Counted from the stretch's first letter, positions 12,181-26,056 are shown. The stretch: DNA of 64,000 nt from Selaginella moellendorffii (GCF_000143415.4 NW_003314328.1:249241-313240); one strand, 5' to 3'. The notes: generated by a model from the letters alone, not told the origin. Numbers and translations are program-made.

Positions 12181-13829
12181 GCAATCACTAAAGATATTTA
12201 TTTGTGATTCCTAGTATTGGGCATGTTTGGAATTTATAAACAATTTTCTCTCAATTGTTTTTCAAGCTAAAGAGTGACAGTATATCCCATTGTGATTGCC
12301 AAAAGTGAGTAATGTTTTTTTTGCCTATACTCGTGTTCTCACCCTTATCTGCAAAATAGTGACAAATAAACAAAGACAAAAACATACAAGGAGAGAAAAA
12401 GAAGAGAAATAAAAAGATTGAGAATAGAATAGAATTCAACCTCAAACCCCAAATGTGTAAGCAAAGATAAACATATATCACTCTTTCAATTCTACTTTGC
12501 ACAAACAATTATACGCGGGAGAAAAGATGATTAATTCAATACAAATTCATATAATAGTGTGTTGGGGGTTGTTTTTCAACACGTCTAAGTTTTATTTATA
12601 TACTACATGATTTTATAACTGTTTCTAACTACTTTTCACCTAGGTTGAGTTTTTCTTTTTTGGATGCTTAACCTTAGGTATAACTCTATTTAGCCTAAGG
12701 TTTTTTCTTTTTCTTTGTCTGGGAAAATATACAACATAAGAAATTTATCTCTTCATATTTTATAAATAAACATAAAAATGTTAGTAAATAGTAAATTCAA
12801 ACAATAAAGTTAATTCTAGTCTAAAATGAGATTATTATAAATTACCTTTATAATATGGAATCTAAATATCTAGTTCCTCAATACAAGAACTCTTAGGAAA
12901 ATTATGTATTTATATCATTGTAGTTTATAATTTCAATAATTTTGAATATCATTAAATTTAATTTAAATTTAGATATATAAATTTAAATAAATCAAAGTTA
13001 TTTATATTTTATTTTGTTGGTATTTATTTTTCAGGCTTTAACACTAATATATATCTAGTCTACTCCATCAAGTTAGAATGAATGAGTTTTATTGTTATAA
13101 TGTACCAATGAACATTAAACTGACACAACTATATTAATTAGAAACTTTTATTGAACTAACAAAATGAGGTTTTAATATTAATTTGAAAAAATACCTTTCA
13201 TATATGAATCATCTATTATTATGCATAATTCTTTATTCACAGGTTAAATAATATTATACTAAATTTTTAAATTGATATTTGAGTGATTCTCCTATTATGA
13301 ACACTACTAAAACTCACTTTTCCAATTAGTTATTTTCAGTAGAAACCTTATTCTTAAAAAAGAGAAATTTTAAAGATTTTTTTCATATCTCAAATGTTAT
13401 TGTTTATGAAAATATTTTTATGAAAATATCTAAACTTAAATTTTTTATAGTTTTTCTTATTTTTAATCAAGCTCTCTTGCAGTCCTTATCTATAGTTAAG
13501 TGTGTTAGAAAATATACTAAACCTTTTTATAATATGCTACAATGTTTTTGGAAAAATGCCTAATGTAGTGATATTAAAAAGGGCTAAAATGATTAAATTT
13601 TACTAATTTTATTATGATAAAAATTTATTATTATTATATTTATATTATGATAGTATTTGTGATTATCATTAAAATACTTCCAATGTTTTAAATTTTGCTT
13701 TTTGAATATTTTTCCTGATTAAATTGCTTTAGATAGGATTTTTGTGGATTAGCCAGTAGAGGTAGTTATTCACTTAACTATATGAATTTTTCTTATTTTC
13801 ATGAACTGTCTTTAATTTCAATTTTAAGT

Positions 13830-14960
13830 TGCAGAATATATGATATTATAAACTTGCATAGAACCATTGATTGAGGGGTAAAGTGTTAAGAGAATGGCAC
13901 TCTCGGGAGAGTTGTAGCTCTTAACTTTCGTTCATGAGGGCATGAACTTGTAGTGAAGTATGGTGGATTGTAAACAATCAAAAAGAATAACTTGAAATAT
14001 GATCCATGAAATTTAAATATAAAAAAAAATATAACTTATGAACAAGAGTGCACTTTTTTTTCCAATTAGTTAAAAGTTTTATGATAATTGAGGTTAAACG
14101 TCCTTGGATTTGAGTAATACTTAGATTTAAGTAGTACCATCTTGAGAAGTTTAAATTCAAGAGCTTATAAAGTGATGTTTATCATTCTTAATCAATGGAA
14201 ATTAGCTGATAAAACAATTTAAATATTTTGATTTGTTTGATTCATTTAATCATTTTTATTCCAAATTCATTTTTTCTTGGACTTGCTAGTAGATGTTGTG
14301 ACTGAGCTGAACAATCTCAATAAGGTATTTCAATATAACTTCAAAAAGTGCATTGAGGTAATAGCTCATCTTAATACTACCATAGAGAAAGTAAAGTGAA
14401 AGTACCTTAATTTACAATTTGATGTTCATTCTCTAGTATTAGCTATTTCTCTTTAAAGGTCTTGGTGTGGAAAATTAACATATAAAGATAAAGTTAGCCA
14501 AAAGATAGTCCAAAAGCTCTACTATGATTTTGTTGTGAATGTGACTAAGAAGAAGAATACAAGTAGCATTGACTTGAATGAAGAACCACCACAACAAACA
14601 TAATTGTTACATTTAAAAGACTATTAATGCACTCTAAAGATAGGTTTCCTTAAGAACATGAAACTCTTTAATGCTTGACTTTATCCTACTAAGAACCTTG
14701 CTAATAGAAAGAATTGGTTGGAGAAATTATTGGAACATTCAAAACAAACAAATTAACTTGGGCATAATGAGTTTGAGGAATTTATTTAGATCTTTCTATG
14801 CATTTTGATCAAGAATGGGATGAGTGAAGGTTGGATAATTTGCTCAAGACTAAAATTCATTAAAGTTCACATCTAGAGACCATAGATGTTATTATGTTCC
14901 TAAATGCAGAGGAGTGAGACTTGGTCAACTAAGACTTAGCATTAAACTTATAGATGATAA
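13830..14960 (+). pseudogene. hAT-type (ZNF862-like) transposase remnant
   Basis: Fragment LLVDVVTELNNLNKVFQ (~14283-14333) and a later ...DRFP fragment resemble hAT transposase cores; heavily disrupted. Confidence 0.4.
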
Positions 14961-15313
14961 TAAAAGATAGACAAGAGTTAAATGTAAATAAGTTTTTCTT
15001 TTACATGAATATTATATCATATGAAACAATTTTTTAATACCTGCTTTTTCTATAAAAAGAAAATTAAAGAAAAGGTTTTAAGAAAGACCATGAAAATTTA
15101 TGCCTGACTACACCAATTATTCATGTCCCATACGTAGTGATTAATATTAAATTAACAAATAGTGAGAGCTCAAACTTTCATTTAGTATACAATTTTAATT
15201 AGCTAAGTTGGACAAAAAACAATCTTTTGCCCTTAATAAACAAGATCATATAGTTTATAGTAAGCTGAAAAGCGTGTTTTCCATAATCGCTCTTTTCTGG
15301 TGAAAGCTCCCTT

Positions 15314-16314
15314 TCAGCTTCTCATACTCCAGCGATGTGACGATGGTGGTGTTGTGAATCGGGTTGATGTTGGCGGTGAGCTCCAGCGGCTCGACGATGG
15401 CGGCGTCTGGTCGGTGACATCCCACTGCCACAGTGGCGTTCTTGGAGACGTCGCGGTTTGCTGATCCTTGAGCGAGAGCTTGGCCGCCCGTGGCGCTAGA
15501 TCCTCCGCCTCCGGCTCAATGAATGGCTCGGGTTTCTTCTTTCCCCTGGGCGGTGGCGTCACGGCCTTGGATCTGGGAGTCGTTCTCACGCTCGGCAGTG
15601 GGCTGGATTTGGCGTAGTCGAGGATGTCGATCGGGACGTCTTTGTCCTTGGACATCCATCGCCTCAGCCATCGCTCGCCTTCTTCATCCATTCCCTGAAA
15701 TTCCACCGCGTTGCGAACTACTCGATCCTGAACTTTCTTCGTGCTCTGGAATGGCGGGTCTAGCTTTCCCTGGATCTTGTGACGCTTCACGCTCGGCTCT
15801 TTCAATCTGTGAATGGAACGCGTGGATGAGGAACCCAGGGAGAGGAAGAAACCACCATAGAACTGGAAAGATCAGTCGAGTTTTACTTGAATGCCTCCCC
15901 TCTCATGAGACCTGTGGACTTGCGTCGCCACATTGATCCTGGCTTTCTGTTCTTGATGTCGCGCAATCGCGTCAAAAACCAGAGATTGTCCATGTCAATC
16001 TGGTGGAATCGATCTGGGATGAAAAATGTTTTGGAATCGATTCCAAGAAATGTTGTTAAGATCGAAAGATGGAGAGGAGAATCCGAGAGCTAGCCAGGAA
16101 GTAGACACTCACTCTGCCAGAGTCGCTCCTTCTTCTGCTCGAGCGCCTTTCTGGGGCCTTGATCAGGGAGTTGATTGTCCACCGCCGGCTTCATGGAGCG
16201 AATCCGGTGGCGATGCCCTTCCATTTGCTTGTCCTCCTCCCACTGCAAGTACTTCGTCTTCTTCATGAATTTCTTCATGCTAAGCTCCCGGAGGAGCGCC
16301 GGGGTCAGCCCCAT
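15314..16314 (-). CDS. CFAP97/KIAA1430 (Hemingway)-domain-like protein, 3 exons
   Basis: Exons ~16314-16113, 16013-15887 and 15806-15314 join in frame through GT-AG introns. Product contains HRHRIRSMKPAVDNQLP...KKERLWQNRFHQIDMDNLWFLTRLRDI, resembling the CFAP97 domain, followed by a Pro/Ser/Thr-rich tail. Confidence 0.6.
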
Positions 16315-16655
16315 CGCTCGCAACAGCCCTAAATTTTCATTTGAAAACTCTCTTTTAGCGGGCTCTCTCGCCCCTCAATCGGTTTGAATGCCCCTCCTCA
16401 CATCCGCCACAGACGCGCGATGGATATTTCTCCGGGATGGACGGCTGGGATGGCGCAGGGCTTTCTTCGATAATTTGCTAGGGTTTAAGCAATTCTTAGG
16501 GTTCTTGGCGAAGCGTTCGTCTCGCAGCTCGACGCATTGTGGAAAATGCTGCTCAGGGCTGGAGCGCGCTGGTCGCGATAGTGGATTCTAGGTGGCAGTC
16601 ATCCACGGCCTGGCCGGCATGCGGGGGATTTCGCAGCAATCGCGTTGCCTGTGAG

Positions 16656-19600
16656 ATGTTGCGGGTTTTGAGATTCCATCCGCCGCTGAGGAGCGGGCGG
16701 AGGCTAGATGTTGCCGCGAGGAGTAGTAGTAGAGGACAGGAGCAAATTCCCAACTGGGAGAGGCTACGGAGGCTTATGCAAGAGAATGACGGTCAGGCGG
16801 GGAGTAGTTTTGGCAGCAGCAGCAGCAGCAGCTACTTCCAGAACGATGTGGAGACTTTCTCCAATCCACAAAGCTTGCCAAGTCCGAATTTTCCCTCCGG
16901 GCAGCAACGCCGGGCATTGCATTCTATGGCATTCAACCGAGCTCAACCTCGCGGCTACTACGAGTATTCCGAGGATGACGATTTGGACGATAGAAATGGA
17001 GGGCCTCCAGCAGAGGTAAGTTTGTGTATGATTTCTCTTTTGCCAAAAGCGTCTCTCTTTTAGAATCTCCACTATGTCAACTTGGACGAGTGGCGTTTGC
17101 GGCTAACAAAATTTTTGAGAAACAAAGAACAAACCGAGATCATATCGAGGGAAGCTCGGGATCGAAGATATATCGAGCCTTTGACACTTCTCGCCAAAGA
17201 AATGGGACTTCATTGGTAATGTATAGCGGTTTCTCCTATTGACTTGAGACGCTTAGCTTCTTTGTTTGCGCAGCCAAATGTTTGGCAAAGCTGTTGCGAT
17301 AAGCAAGAAGCCTTTGCCGCATTACAGGCCCGACCTTGACGATAAGCGTCCTCAAAGAGAGGTGATTTGTAGTTTCCTTTTATTTTGTTCTTGTGATTTA
17401 ATCTGGCACGATACAGGTCTCGTTCTCCATACTGACGCACAGACGAACGAATGCATTGCTTGAGCAACATTTGCGTCTCAAGAGAATGTCAGCTGACACG
17501 TCTAGAAGAGCTCTTAGGGGGCCTGAAAGGTCGGCCAGCAGTTATGAAGAAAGCCCCACAACTACGATGCAGAGGAGCCGCCGGCTTGAAGCAAAAATGA
17601 AAGAATGGGAGGTTTGTGCTATGTGATGGTGTTAAACATCTTTTATTGACATTGATCTTGTGTAGGAATCCGAAGAGGGTCAAAAAATGATGACTATACG
17701 GAGAAACTTGCCTTCTTTCAAAGAGAAAGCCGGGCTACTAGAAGTGATTGCGAAAAATCAGGTTGGAAGTTCTTTTTGTTGTTAAAGTTTCAAGAAATTC
17801 TTCTACAGGTTGTGGTGATTTCAGGAGAAACAGGATGTGGTAAAACAACTCAGCTTCCACAATATATTCTGGAGGCAGAGATTGAGGCAGGCAGAGGCGG
17901 TAGCTGTAACATTATTTGCACGCAACCTCGACGTATTTCAGCTGTTTCAGTGGCTGAAAGAGTTGCTTCTGAGAGGGGCGAGGTTATAGGCGAAACGGTA
18001 ATCGAAGTCTGTCTTTTACTGTGTTTCTTGACGCTTTTGAGTTCAGATTGGATATCAAGTGCGTTTAGAAGGTATAAGAAGTCGAAATACCCGACTGCTT
18101 TTTTGTACAACGGGAATTCTGTTGAGACGCTTGTTGACTGACCCAAGTCTCAAGGGTGTGACGCATGTGATTGTTGATGAGATACATGAACGGGGCATGA
18201 ATGAAGGTAAGGTTCTTTATTTCTCAAAACCGTGCTGAGCGTGGTCTTTTTTCTTTCTCAGATTTTCTTCTTGTTATTCTGAAGGAGCTTCTTCCTCAAC
18301 GTCCTGACCTGAGGCTGGTGCTCATGAGCGCAACCTTGAACGCGGAGTTGTTTTCTAAGTACTTTTCTAAAGCACCAACTGCGCACATTCCGGTATTGAA
18401 CAAAATTCCCGTTAATACTGTTAAATTCTACTAACGTAATTTTCATGCAGGGGTTCACGTACCCTGTTAAGAGCCACTTTCTGGAAGACGTACTCGATTT
18501 GACGGGCTATAGATTAAATCAATTTAATCAAGTTGACGATTATGGCCAAGACAAGCTGTGGAAAATGCAAAAGCAACTAGCTGCACGCAAAAGAAAGTCG
18601 CCTGTGGCCGCACTTGCCGAGGTTATCTGCGTGTGTTTGTATCGTATTTTTTCTCTAACATTTCGGAAGTTCAGGAGGCGATGGCTAGTCAGGCTTATAA
18701 CGACAGGAGCGCCGGCACAAGGGAGTCTTTATCTTGCTGGAACTCGGACATTCTGAACTTCAATTTGATCCAGGCAACATTATTGCACATTTGCAAACAG
18801 GCGAGGGAAGGGGCAGTCCTGGTTTTCATGACTGGGTGGGAGGATATTAGTGCTTTACTGGACAAGCTCAAGCAGGACCCTGTGCTTGGTGACTCGAGAA
18901 AAGTTCTCCTTCTGGGATGCCACGGTTCAATGGCCACAGCAGAACAGGCTGGTCTTGCTTAATTTCTTGGTGGTATTTCGATGTTCGTGTCTAAATGTTT
19001 CTTTTTCTTTTTCTGCAGAAACTTATTTTCGAACATCCTCCTCCTGGTGTACGAAAGATTGTGCTGGCAACTAATATGGCTGAAACGAGTATCACTATCA
19101 ATGACGTAGTGTTTGTGGTGGACGTGGGGAAAGCCAAGGAGACGTCTTACGACGCTTTGAATAACACGCCATGTCTTCTTCCTACGTGGATATCAAAAGC
19201 GTCTTCGCGGCAGGTATACTCTTGCTTCTCTATGGAAATGCGTTATTCTAACTTCTGTCTTGCAGCGTCGAGGAAGAGCAGGACGTGTAAAGCCAGGGGA
19301 ATGTTATCATCTCTATCCCAAGGCCGTTCACGAAGCATTTGCGGAATATCAGCTGCCGGAGCTTCTTCGAACACCTTTGCATTCTTTATGCTTACAAATC
19401 AAGAGTTTGCAGCTTGGAGATGTTGCAATGTTCCTATCAAAGGCTATGCAACCACCTGAAAATCTGGCGGTAAATATATAGTGTGTCTCTTGTCGTTTTT
19501 GACAAACATTTTTGGCGATGTATTTCAGGTAAAAAATGCGCTTGAATATTTGACTACTATTGGAGCTTTGGATGAACAGCAGGAATTGACAGACTTAGGT

Positions 19601-21116
19601 ACGTTGTTAAGCTGTGTCAATTTCAATATATTTTGTGTCACCCTTCCAGGAAGAATACTGGCATTATTGCCAGTCGAGCCTCGACTTGGCAAGATGCTCA
19701 TAATGGGATCCATCTTCCGCTGCCTAGACCCTGTTCTAACAATTGCTGCCGGTTTAGCTGCTCGTGATCCTTTCATTATGCCAATGGACAAGAGAAATGT
19801 GAGTAAACTTGTGCTCTAAAACTCCGGCGTCTAACATACCATCCAACTTCAACAGCTAGCAGATCAAGCCAAATACGATTTTGCTGGTCGGGAAGCCAGC
19901 GATCATATAGGCCTCGTTCGAGCCTTTGAAGGGTGGGAAGCCGCAATGAGCAACCAGGTGGCGTCTTCATATTGTTGGAAGAACTTCCTATCAATGCAAA
20001 CATTGCTAGGAATGAGTTCTCTCCGGAAGCAATTTATAGGGCTCTTGACAACGGCAGGGCTTATCACGGATGACCTGGGATTTTTCAACAGGTATAGTCA
20101 AGACCCGGTTGTCTTAAGGGCTGTCATCTGCTCGGGTTTGTTCCCTGGAGTTGCCTCCGTGATGGTAAGTGTGTATTTTCTATTTTCAAAGTTCTCTAAG
20201 CTTGTCTATTTGAATGTTTGAGCAGAAAAAACAAAAGTCTGTGTTGTATAAAACCATCGAGGATGGCCAAGTTTTGCTTAGTGCTGTAAGTGGGATTTTG
20301 TCCTGTTTTTCTACCTCTAACTTGTCATTTTGTTCGTAGAGTTCGGTAAACTCCAGGGACTTCAATCCTAAAAATCCCTGGCTAATGTACAGCGAGAAGA
20401 TCAAAATGTCAAGCGTGATGGTCCGTGATTCAACCTGCATTTCAGATTCAACGCTTTTGCTGTTTGGAGGCAAATTGATCGATGGCCACGCGGTATGCTC
20501 TCTTGGATTTTCTTTTACCTTCTTCTCACTTCGATACTGCTGCTAGCCTGGACACATTCTTATGCAAGGGAGCTACTTGGAGTTCTTCATGAAAGTAGAC
20601 GTAGCGAACACTGTCATGAGACTTCGCCAGGAGATGGACAAACTAATCCTCCGAAAGGTGAGCTCTGTCTCAAACTCGACACTCCTCTCACTTTTCTCTC
20701 ACTCGCAGCTGGCTAATCCCTCCATGGACATCTACACGGAGAACAAGGAGCTCGTGGACGCTGCCTTCGAGCTCATGCGAGGGGACGACTGCTCGGGCAG
20801 CTTCGTCTTTGGCCGGGCCACCAAAGGCAGCGGCTTCTCCAAAGGCTCGGCGGAGCTCCAAGACAAAGGCACTCCAGACACCAAAGGAATTCTCCAAACT
20901 TTGGTCCAGCGAGCAGGCTTTGCGGTTCCAACGTACCAGACGAGATCGTCGGGGTCTCAGTTCATATCGTGCGTGGTTGTCCGAGGCAAGAAATTTATTG
21001 GCGAGCCCGCCGAGTCGAAGAAGCAAGCCGAGAAGAACGCCGCCGCCATGGCCGCCGAGTGGCTCACGAGCTTACCAAGGATGCAAGACGTTCTCTCGGC
21101 AGGCAAATATTTTTGA
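16656..21116 (+). CDS. DExH-box RNA helicase (DHX36-like, plant DExH3/DExH5 group) with C-terminal dsRBD; multi-exon; start uncertain
   Basis: [43 protein letters not shown] and QRRGRAGR motifs; HA2/OB region; dsRBD ([11 protein letters not shown]...[10 protein letters not shown]). Confidence 0.95.
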
Positions 21117-21310
21117 CGTGATAGATCCTAGCTATACTAAAAACTATGGAAGCTCCGCGACTCCATGGACAATAGTTTTCCCATGGACATTAGAGGACAA
21201 TAGGTTGTCCAGAGAGAATGTAACATATTCTCTTAACGGATATCGCTACTTTTTAAAACCCTTCTATAAAGCCTTGTTTTGGTGTTCTAAGTTGCGAGCT
21301 CTAGGGTTTA

Positions 21311-23534
21311 ATGCAGCGAATGGCGTTGCCGCTGTGGAGCGCTACCGGCAACGCGCGAATGCCACTGGCGCTGCCTGGCGCGCATCTCCTGGCGGATTAT
21401 GGCTCCTTGCGCGCTCCTGGCCGAGGTATTTGTGAGGATTGCTCGATTGTTTTGAGAATGCGGCTTGCGCAGCGTCCAGGAGCTTGAGCATCCTGGCGGC
21501 AATAGCGCACGACACCTATGAGGAGCCGAAGAAGTCTTTCGAGGCTCGCGTCAAGGAGGAGGTGTCTATCGATTTGAATCCGCCGCGCGGGACAAGGGAT
21601 TTCGCCCCGCCGCTGATGCTGCTGAGGAACTGGCTGTTCTCGCATTTTAAAGAGGTATGCCAAGCTACACGATAGAATGCTTATTATTTTTTCTTTTTTC
21701 TTCTCTCGCGCTTCCAGGTCTCAAGATTATTTGGATTTGAGGAGGTGGACTTTCCGGTGGTGGAGTCGGAAGCTCTATACATCAGAAAAGCTGGAGAAGA
21801 GATTACACAGCAGGTATGAAGCGCTACATTCTTATCTTTTAGCTTTTCCTTGCGCTCTTTCTGTTGGTTTCAGCTCTATAATTTTGAAGACAAATCTGGG
21901 CGCAGACTATGCTTGCGACCAGAAATTACGCCGTCGATAGCAAGGCTTATCATCCAAAAGGGGTGTGTATCTAACTCTCTTATTTCTCATCTCGTGTTGC
22001 AGTTGTGAGGTTGTTTTGCATGAATATAAAGCCGCATGCTGTACTGATATGAATGTATGGAGGCAAGTGTTTGTTCTGCTTTTGTGTTTAGCTAGCATTC
22101 AGTTCCTGAAGATGAGATTGATGCATTTGACGTCTTCTGCAGGAAATCGCTCGTTTTCCCTCTGCGATGGTTTACGATTGGCCAGTGCTGGCGTTATGAG
22201 AGAATGACGAAGGGAAGAAGAAGAGAACATTATCAATGGAACATGGACATATTTGGGGTGCCTGGCGTTGAGGTAGAAACTTGTTTTGAATGTTGGAGTT
22301 ACAGATCGTTGTGCCCGCAGGCAGAAGCTGAACTCCTTGCAGCTATTGTCACTTTATTCACTAGCATGGGGTTCACCGCAAATGATGTGCGGATACGTGT
22401 CTCTAATCGTAAGGTCAGACCCGAGATTTTTTTTTGTTTTTTATCTGACGATAAACTGACAGGTGCTCCAAGCTGTTTTAGATCGATATTCTGTTCCACA
22501 GGACAAATTCAACAGTGTATGTGTAGTTGTAGATAAGGTAGGGAACTTTTTCTTTCTTTTTATCCCCCTCTTTCCGAGATCTCTAATAGACTTCATGCAG
22601 CACTTTTGTGTCTTCTAGATCAGCAAGATCTCCAAAGAGGAAGTCGACCAACAACTCATGGACCTGGGACTCTCTTCCACGGCTATCAATGGAATTAGAC
22701 ATGCTATACTACTTAAAAACCTTGATGATATTCAAGGTAAGAAGTTTGTGTTTTGTAAAGTTTTTTACATTTCGTTTTCACTCTTGTTTTTTTCGTAACA
22801 GAATTAATTGGGTCTTCAAGCGAGGCATTTTTGGAAATGAAGAAGTTGTTTGCTTTGTCAAAAGCTTATGGCTACGACGAGTGGCTAGTTGTAGATTTGG
22901 GAATAGTGCGGGGACTGTCATACTACACGGGTATCGTATTTGAGGTCTGTTCGGGTTATATTGTTTTCTCTACTGCTTACACCAACTTTCTAGGCATTTG
23001 ATACGCAAGGGAAATTTCGTGCAATCTGTGGTGGTGGTCGATACGATAAGCTTATTTCAAATTTTGGAGGCCCTTCGATACCCGCCTGCGGATTTGGTTT
23101 TGGGGATGCAGTTATTGTAGATGTAAGATTTGGCTTCTTGCTAACTTGACAAAGTAAGTTTTTGTTGCTTTCCAGCTTTTAAACGAATGCAATCTATCGC
23201 CAGTTCTCGGACACGAGGTTGACGACGTTGTGTTCGTCTTGGATGAGGAGCTCCGCTGTCATGCGTGCAACATTGTGTCGCGGCTGCGCTCGGCTGGACG
23301 TACTGTTGATATGATTTTAGAAAACAAAAAACTGAAATGGTATGTTTTCCTGTGTCCTTTCCGGAGTTCTCATGGTTGGTATGCAGGGTATTCAATTATG
23401 CATCAAGAATAGATGCAAAACGCATGATTCTCTTGGGCATAAGAGAGTGGGAAGAGGGAAATGTTCGCGTGAAAGATCTAGTTACGAGAGAGGAGACCGA
23501 CGTAAAGGTGGCTGAACTGGTAAGAATGTTCTAA
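21311..23534 (+). CDS. Histidyl-tRNA synthetase, chloroplast/mitochondrial; multi-exon
   Basis: Transit-like N-terminus; [46 protein letters not shown] and GGGRYD motifs; anticodon-binding domain. Telo-box TAGGGTTT lies just upstream. Confidence 0.95.
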
Positions 23535-23567
23535 TCCTTGTCGAGGCCTAATACTTCCATGTTGCAG

Positions 23568-24150
23568 GTGCCAAGAGTTCCCAAAGAGGTTGGTCTATAT
23601 AGGCCGAAACATCTCAACATTTTTACTCGTTTTGCAGGTGCAGCGTGGTCAGGGTAAACTCCCTGACAAGGAACGCAATCTTCGTTATTTACATCCCGAC
23701 GAGGTGAAATTGGTTGATGCCTCTGGAAGATATCCGGAAGAGTATGAAGTAGGATTTCCTAGTCGTGGCATTCTGGAGGCTTTTGTGGACGAGTGCAAGC
23801 AGAAGCATGCCGAATTCAAACGCAGGCGCCGGGGAGACCCTGCTCCGGGTAAGTCCCGTCTTCTGAAAATATGCGTACTGAAATTTCCTTGTGCAGGGCA
23901 CCTTAAGTACGTTCTAAGGGAGATGAACCTTGAAGACGTTGATCTCGAAGATTTGACAATAGATGACGCCATGAATCTGTGGGTGAAAAACTCGGGCGGT
24001 ATTATTTGGGAGGATGCATATCAGTTGATACACGATCATAAGCTCTCAATCTCCCACATACTGGACATGGATGTTTTTAAAGGACAAGGGAAGCTGGCTG
24101 CCTTGAAAACAAGACGAGAACCGAACATTCCCAACTATCTTGACGACTAA
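23568..24150 (+). CDS. Unknown ~160-aa coding region, probably an in-frame spliced C-terminal extension of HisRS
   Basis: Exons 23568-23588, 23638-23848 and 23897-24150. Introns of 48-49 nt (GT-AG) keep frame from the HisRS donor at 23520. There is little room for an independent promoter. Confidence 0.6.
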
Positions 24151-24408
24151 ATACTGTACGTCTTTCATTGTTTCCTGACCCCGTGAAAAGTTGGCTCTTC
24201 GCTCTTTCAGAAACAACGGATGCTGTGAGTTTACGTGATCTTGTACATTGTAGGCAACGAAATCTGGTAATTGAAGCTTTCTTTGGTGACTTTATCGAGT
24301 TTTCATCTACAAACAAGCCTCTCAGGTACCTAGCAAGAAAATAGCCAGCCAGCACTTTGCTACAAGCCGGGAAGCTTTGTCAATAATCAACCCTACGACC
24401 AACCAGGT

Positions 24409-26025
24409 TCAGCAGCATTTCCAGGCAGACGCAGAAGCTAAGACCTTTCCTTGGAAACCGAGCAGCAGGCTTCCGTCGTCCTTGACGAGGTCAAATCCCC
24501 TGGTCTTGTTATTACCGGCCTTCTCGAAGTTGAACAGGCCGAGCGCAAGCTTCTCGCACATGTCACTGAGTTTGGAGCAGCACAGGCCGGCGTGACTCAT
24601 CCACAGGTTCCATTTCTCCAGCCGCTGGTGCTCCAAATTTCCAGCGAGCAGCTCTTCGACCTCGGGCTTCCATACCAGCTGTTCAACTTTGTCTGCTTCC
24701 TTCAGGGAGCATTCCTCTGAAGCAGCAACACACTCTGCCAGTGCCGTGTAGTAGTCCAAGCCTTCTCGGAAGCGTTCGATGAACGAAGGCTGTGGCTCCA
24801 TCTCCTGCTCGACAAGCAACACTATCTTCGGGTGGGAAGCTCGGATGGAATCCAGTGCCTCGGCAACAGGTACCAACTTGTGAAGTCCGAACACAAAGTT
24901 GACGACGAGCACCTCGTGCACCTTAAGGCCCATGTCGGACAAGCTCAACGGACTTCCGGACCGTGTTAGCACGCCACAGAACTCAAACTCCGCGCATCCG
25001 GCATTCTTGGGATGGTCCCGAGCCAGCTCTCTCAAGCTCTCCAAGGCGAAGTAGAGTGCATGCTGGCGGGTGCTGGTCAGAGTTATTCGAATCTTGATCG
25101 GCCTGGGGAGCTTCTGCTCGAGGGTGGAGGCTACGAAGGATGACCACTGGCCCCCGAAGGAAGAGTTCATTGAGGGCGAGTTGGCTGCTTCGGACAGATC
25201 GAGGATGTGCACGCATTCCTCGGACTCGATGGCCTCGGCGATGGCCTGGTTGGCGATGAAGTGTGCACACTTGAGCAGAGTGGAGGTGTCATACAGGCTC
25301 TTGCAAGCAGCAATCCGCTCGACGACCTCCGTCGCATCCGTCGAAGCGGGAGCTGGAGTGGAACTCCGTGCTTTCCTCTTGGACAGCCTCTCCGCGAGGA
25401 TATCCCTGAAGAGGAGGCCGATTCGATAAGCTGGAGGTTGGAGCTTATGGAACTGTTGATTCTGATGGTGCTCCTGTTGTTGCAGGAAAACTTGGTGGTG
25501 GTGGTGATCATTGAGCCGCGCCAATATCGACTGGGCGAGTTCGTCCTGACCGCTCTCGCAGGCCTCTGCCGCATGCAGCAACAACCTGCTCGGAAACGCT
25601 CCGGAATTCGAGCTTAAGACGTGCTGTTGTAACGGATGCCCCGGTTGGGCATTCGGTGGAGACAGCCTCGCCACCTTGCTCGACGGGTGTTGAAGCTCCT
25701 GCTGCTCTCTCTTGAGGCTCGGCGGCAGCGGCTGCGGCCTCAACAGGACGTGCTCGTCCACGTATGGTATCCGTGAAGCCTGCCGTTTACCAGCTTGTTG
25801 CAACTCTCGCTCCTGCTGCTGCTGGAGGAGTTGCAAAGGGCTGGGACCTGGATTCTCGACAAACAGCCCGGGGTGGAGAGCCCTTGGTGAAGAAGCTCGC
25901 ATGAAGCTGGGAGCTTGTCCGAACAAGTTGGGCATGTGCTGCTGGTGCTGCTCATCTTGAAGCATTCCAAGTAAGAACGGTTCCCTGTGCTGCTGCTGGT
26001 GCTCCAGACCAATCTGAAGATTATG

Positions 26026-26056
<31 letters not shown>

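Noticed and set aside
20809-21435. 208-aa ORF bridging the helicase end and HisRS start
   Set aside because: Alternate-frame overlap with no motif; both genes have their own stop and start.
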